From positions 3,193 to 67,192 of the forward strand of contig JAGVZT010000001.1 of assembly GCA_018302335.1 (NCBI GenBank): DNA of 64,000 nt, in the 5' to 3' direction. A program made the position numbers and the translations under genes. Shown piece by piece: positions 62,867-64,000 of the stretch. The DNA is from Candidatus Woesearchaeota archaeon. Lineage in GTDB: Archaea > Nanobdellota > Nanobdellia > Woesearchaeales > JAGVZT01. Under the pieces are notes generated by a model. It saw only the letters and a program-made list of their open reading frames with translations, ran no database searches and had not been told where the DNA came from. Numbering within the stretch: the first letter of the stretch is position 1; the number at the start of each line of letters is the position of its first letter.

Positions 62867-64000
62867 ACATGAGTGACATCGCTGCCTATATGACGAAGAA
62901 GATGCAGGAGCGCGGCAAGGAGCGCACAATCATCATCCCCGCGACGCAGGAGATAGAGATGGTCCGCATCTCTCCAGGGGCAGTGGCGAAATTCTACGCC
63001 ATACGGGACATCTACCGGGACATGCTCCGGGAGTCCGGCGCGAGGAGCGAAGTGGAGGCGAGCCAGGAGTTCTATACCTGGGGAGTCCGCCAGCGAGGAG
63101 AGGACATCACACGGGACTTCTACCTGCCGCACCAGACGGAGAACACCACCGTCCGCACGAACTTCGACCCGCTGGAGGAGGCGCTCACCTCCGACCTGAG
63201 GCAGTATCTCGAAGGAACCGACCTCGAGGTGTACTGCTGGACGCATATCCATCCATGGCCGCAGTCCTATGCCTCTGTAGTTCACCCGAGTTCGACCGAC
63301 AGGGAGAACAACAAGCGCATCCTGAGCTGGCTCGCAGGCCAGGAGGGCAGCCGCCTCCGCGGCTATGACGTGACCAAGATGCCGTCCCTCAAGAGGACGC
63401 TCGAAGGCGAGGTCCTGGAGCTTTCGGACGAGACCAGCCTGAACGTCTACCGCGTCCGGCTGGACCGCAGCGGGCTTTCGGCTGCCCTGCAGGAAAGCCT
63501 CGGCAAGCGGGGACTCAAGGCAGACAAGGAGAAGACGGACGCTGCGTTGCAGGAGGCGCTGGAGCATTCGGGGCTCGTCGCGTCCCTGGAGGACCACTCT
63601 CCGGTGTACATCGCGTACAGCAAGAGCCTCATCTTCAATTGCCGGGCGTCTCCCGCGGAGCTGGCAGGGCTCTTCTCCCCCGAGAGCGGAAGGACCGACG
63701 AGAGCCATCTCTACGGGGAAGTGTTCGGATACCTCCTCGACAGCCACGGCAGGATTGTGCAGGACTCCTATTTCTGCCAGGAAGTTCCCGTCCGGGTCGT
63801 TCCCGTCGCGGGAGACTTCGAGCTGACCGCGGAGGGGACGCTCGCTCCGAAATATCTCGGCGCGCTGGAGGCCGAGGTGCGGAAGCGCATCAACCTCGAC
63901 CGCAGGACCCGCCGGGCGACCGAGGTGGAGAAGGCAATCAAGGAGGCAGCAACACCCATTCCCATCGTGGAGCCCGCGGACGTGATGGTTCCGGTGCAGG
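62863..64000 (+). CDS. hypothetical protein, partial (runs off right edge), with a JAB/MPN-like HxH-x7-S-xx-H motif
   Basis: Not in the ORF track because it is incomplete. ATG in an ATGA overlap with the previous stop; SD CAGGAGGAGG. Translation MNMSDIAAYMTKKMQERGKERTIIIPATQEIEMVRISPG...EVEASQEFYTWGV...LEVYCWTHIHPWPQSYASVVHPSSTD... The block EVEASQEFYTWGV ... HIHPWPQSYASVVH parallels the JAMM E...HxHx7SxxD pattern, with His in place of Asp. Confidence 0.5.
   Translation, partial: MNMSDIAAYMTKKMQERGKERTIIIPATQEIEMVRISPGAVAKFYAIRDIYRDMLRESGARSEVEASQEFYTWGVRQRGEDITRDFYLPHQTENTTVRTNFDPLEEALTSDLRQYLEGTDLEVYCWTHIHPWPQSYASVVHPSSTDRENNKRILSWLAGQEGSRLRGYDVTKMPSLKRTLEGEVLELSDETSLNVYRVRLDRSGLSAALQESLGKRGLKADKEKTDAALQEALEHSGLVASLEDHSPVYIAYSKSLIFNCRASPAELAGLFSPESGRTDESHLYGEVFGYLLDSHGRIVQDSYFCQEVPVRVVPVAGDFELTAEGTLAPKYLGALEAEVRKRINLDRRTRRATEVEKAIKEAATPIPIVEPADVMVPVQ

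Noticed and set aside
62788-63747. 319-aa minus ORF at the right edge
   Set aside because: Antisense to a plus-strand gene that is translationally coupled (ATGA) to the preceding gene and has an SD; the plus frame is preferred although it is absent from the track (incomplete).

Overview
This 64-kb, high-GC (about 65%) window reads as archaeal. The evidence: archaeal-type tRNA-Glu(CUC) and tRNA-His(GUG); TATA/BRE-like boxes centred about 26 bp upstream of many leaderless start codons; thiolase plus DUF35 pairing; an archaeal-type riboflavin synthase and the CTP-dependent riboflavin kinase/regulator RbkR; and a family-B polymerase homolog. Several internal operon genes still carry GGAGG-type ribosome-binding sites. 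I call about 70 protein genes and 2 tRNAs; I found no rRNA and no CRISPR array. The left two thirds is mostly core metabolism: a beta-oxidation-like operon, a sulfur-relay cluster (CysM-rhodanese fusion, tandem rhodanese, TusA-like), nhaP, deoC, ahcY, pyrC-pyrD, a P-type ATPase, a complete rib operon with rbkR, and hutH next to tRNA-His. The unusual content is: (1) an operon of secreted/membrane proteins carrying an SLT lytic-transglycosylase domain; (2) an 880-aa secreted protein with a GH19 (chitinase/lysozyme-like) domain followed by about 13 tandem 8-cysteine repeats; (3) a family-B DNA polymerase with degenerate catalytic motifs fused to a C-terminal VRR-NUC nuclease domain; (4) a dispersed family of 50-70 bp hairpin-forming intergenic elements, at least 6 copies; (5) a tRNA-Glu-adjacent islet (AlbA_2/HATPase_c_4 protein, HEPN-MNT pair, C2H2 mini-protein, HprK-like P-loop protein); (6) from about 52.6 kb to the right edge, two divergent, translationally coupled operons of uncharacterised proteins (classic AAA ATPase with a 330-aa N-domain, a 640-aa coiled-coil protein, a TelA-like coiled-coil protein, and on the other strand proteins with UBC/E2-like and JAB/MPN-like motifs) flanking a 400-bp control region. 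Block (6) is my best candidate for an undescribed system. All coordinates come from the supplied ORF track, with starts adjusted by hand reading; my own sequence-derived coordinates (tRNAs, palindromes, repeats) may be off by 1-2 nt.
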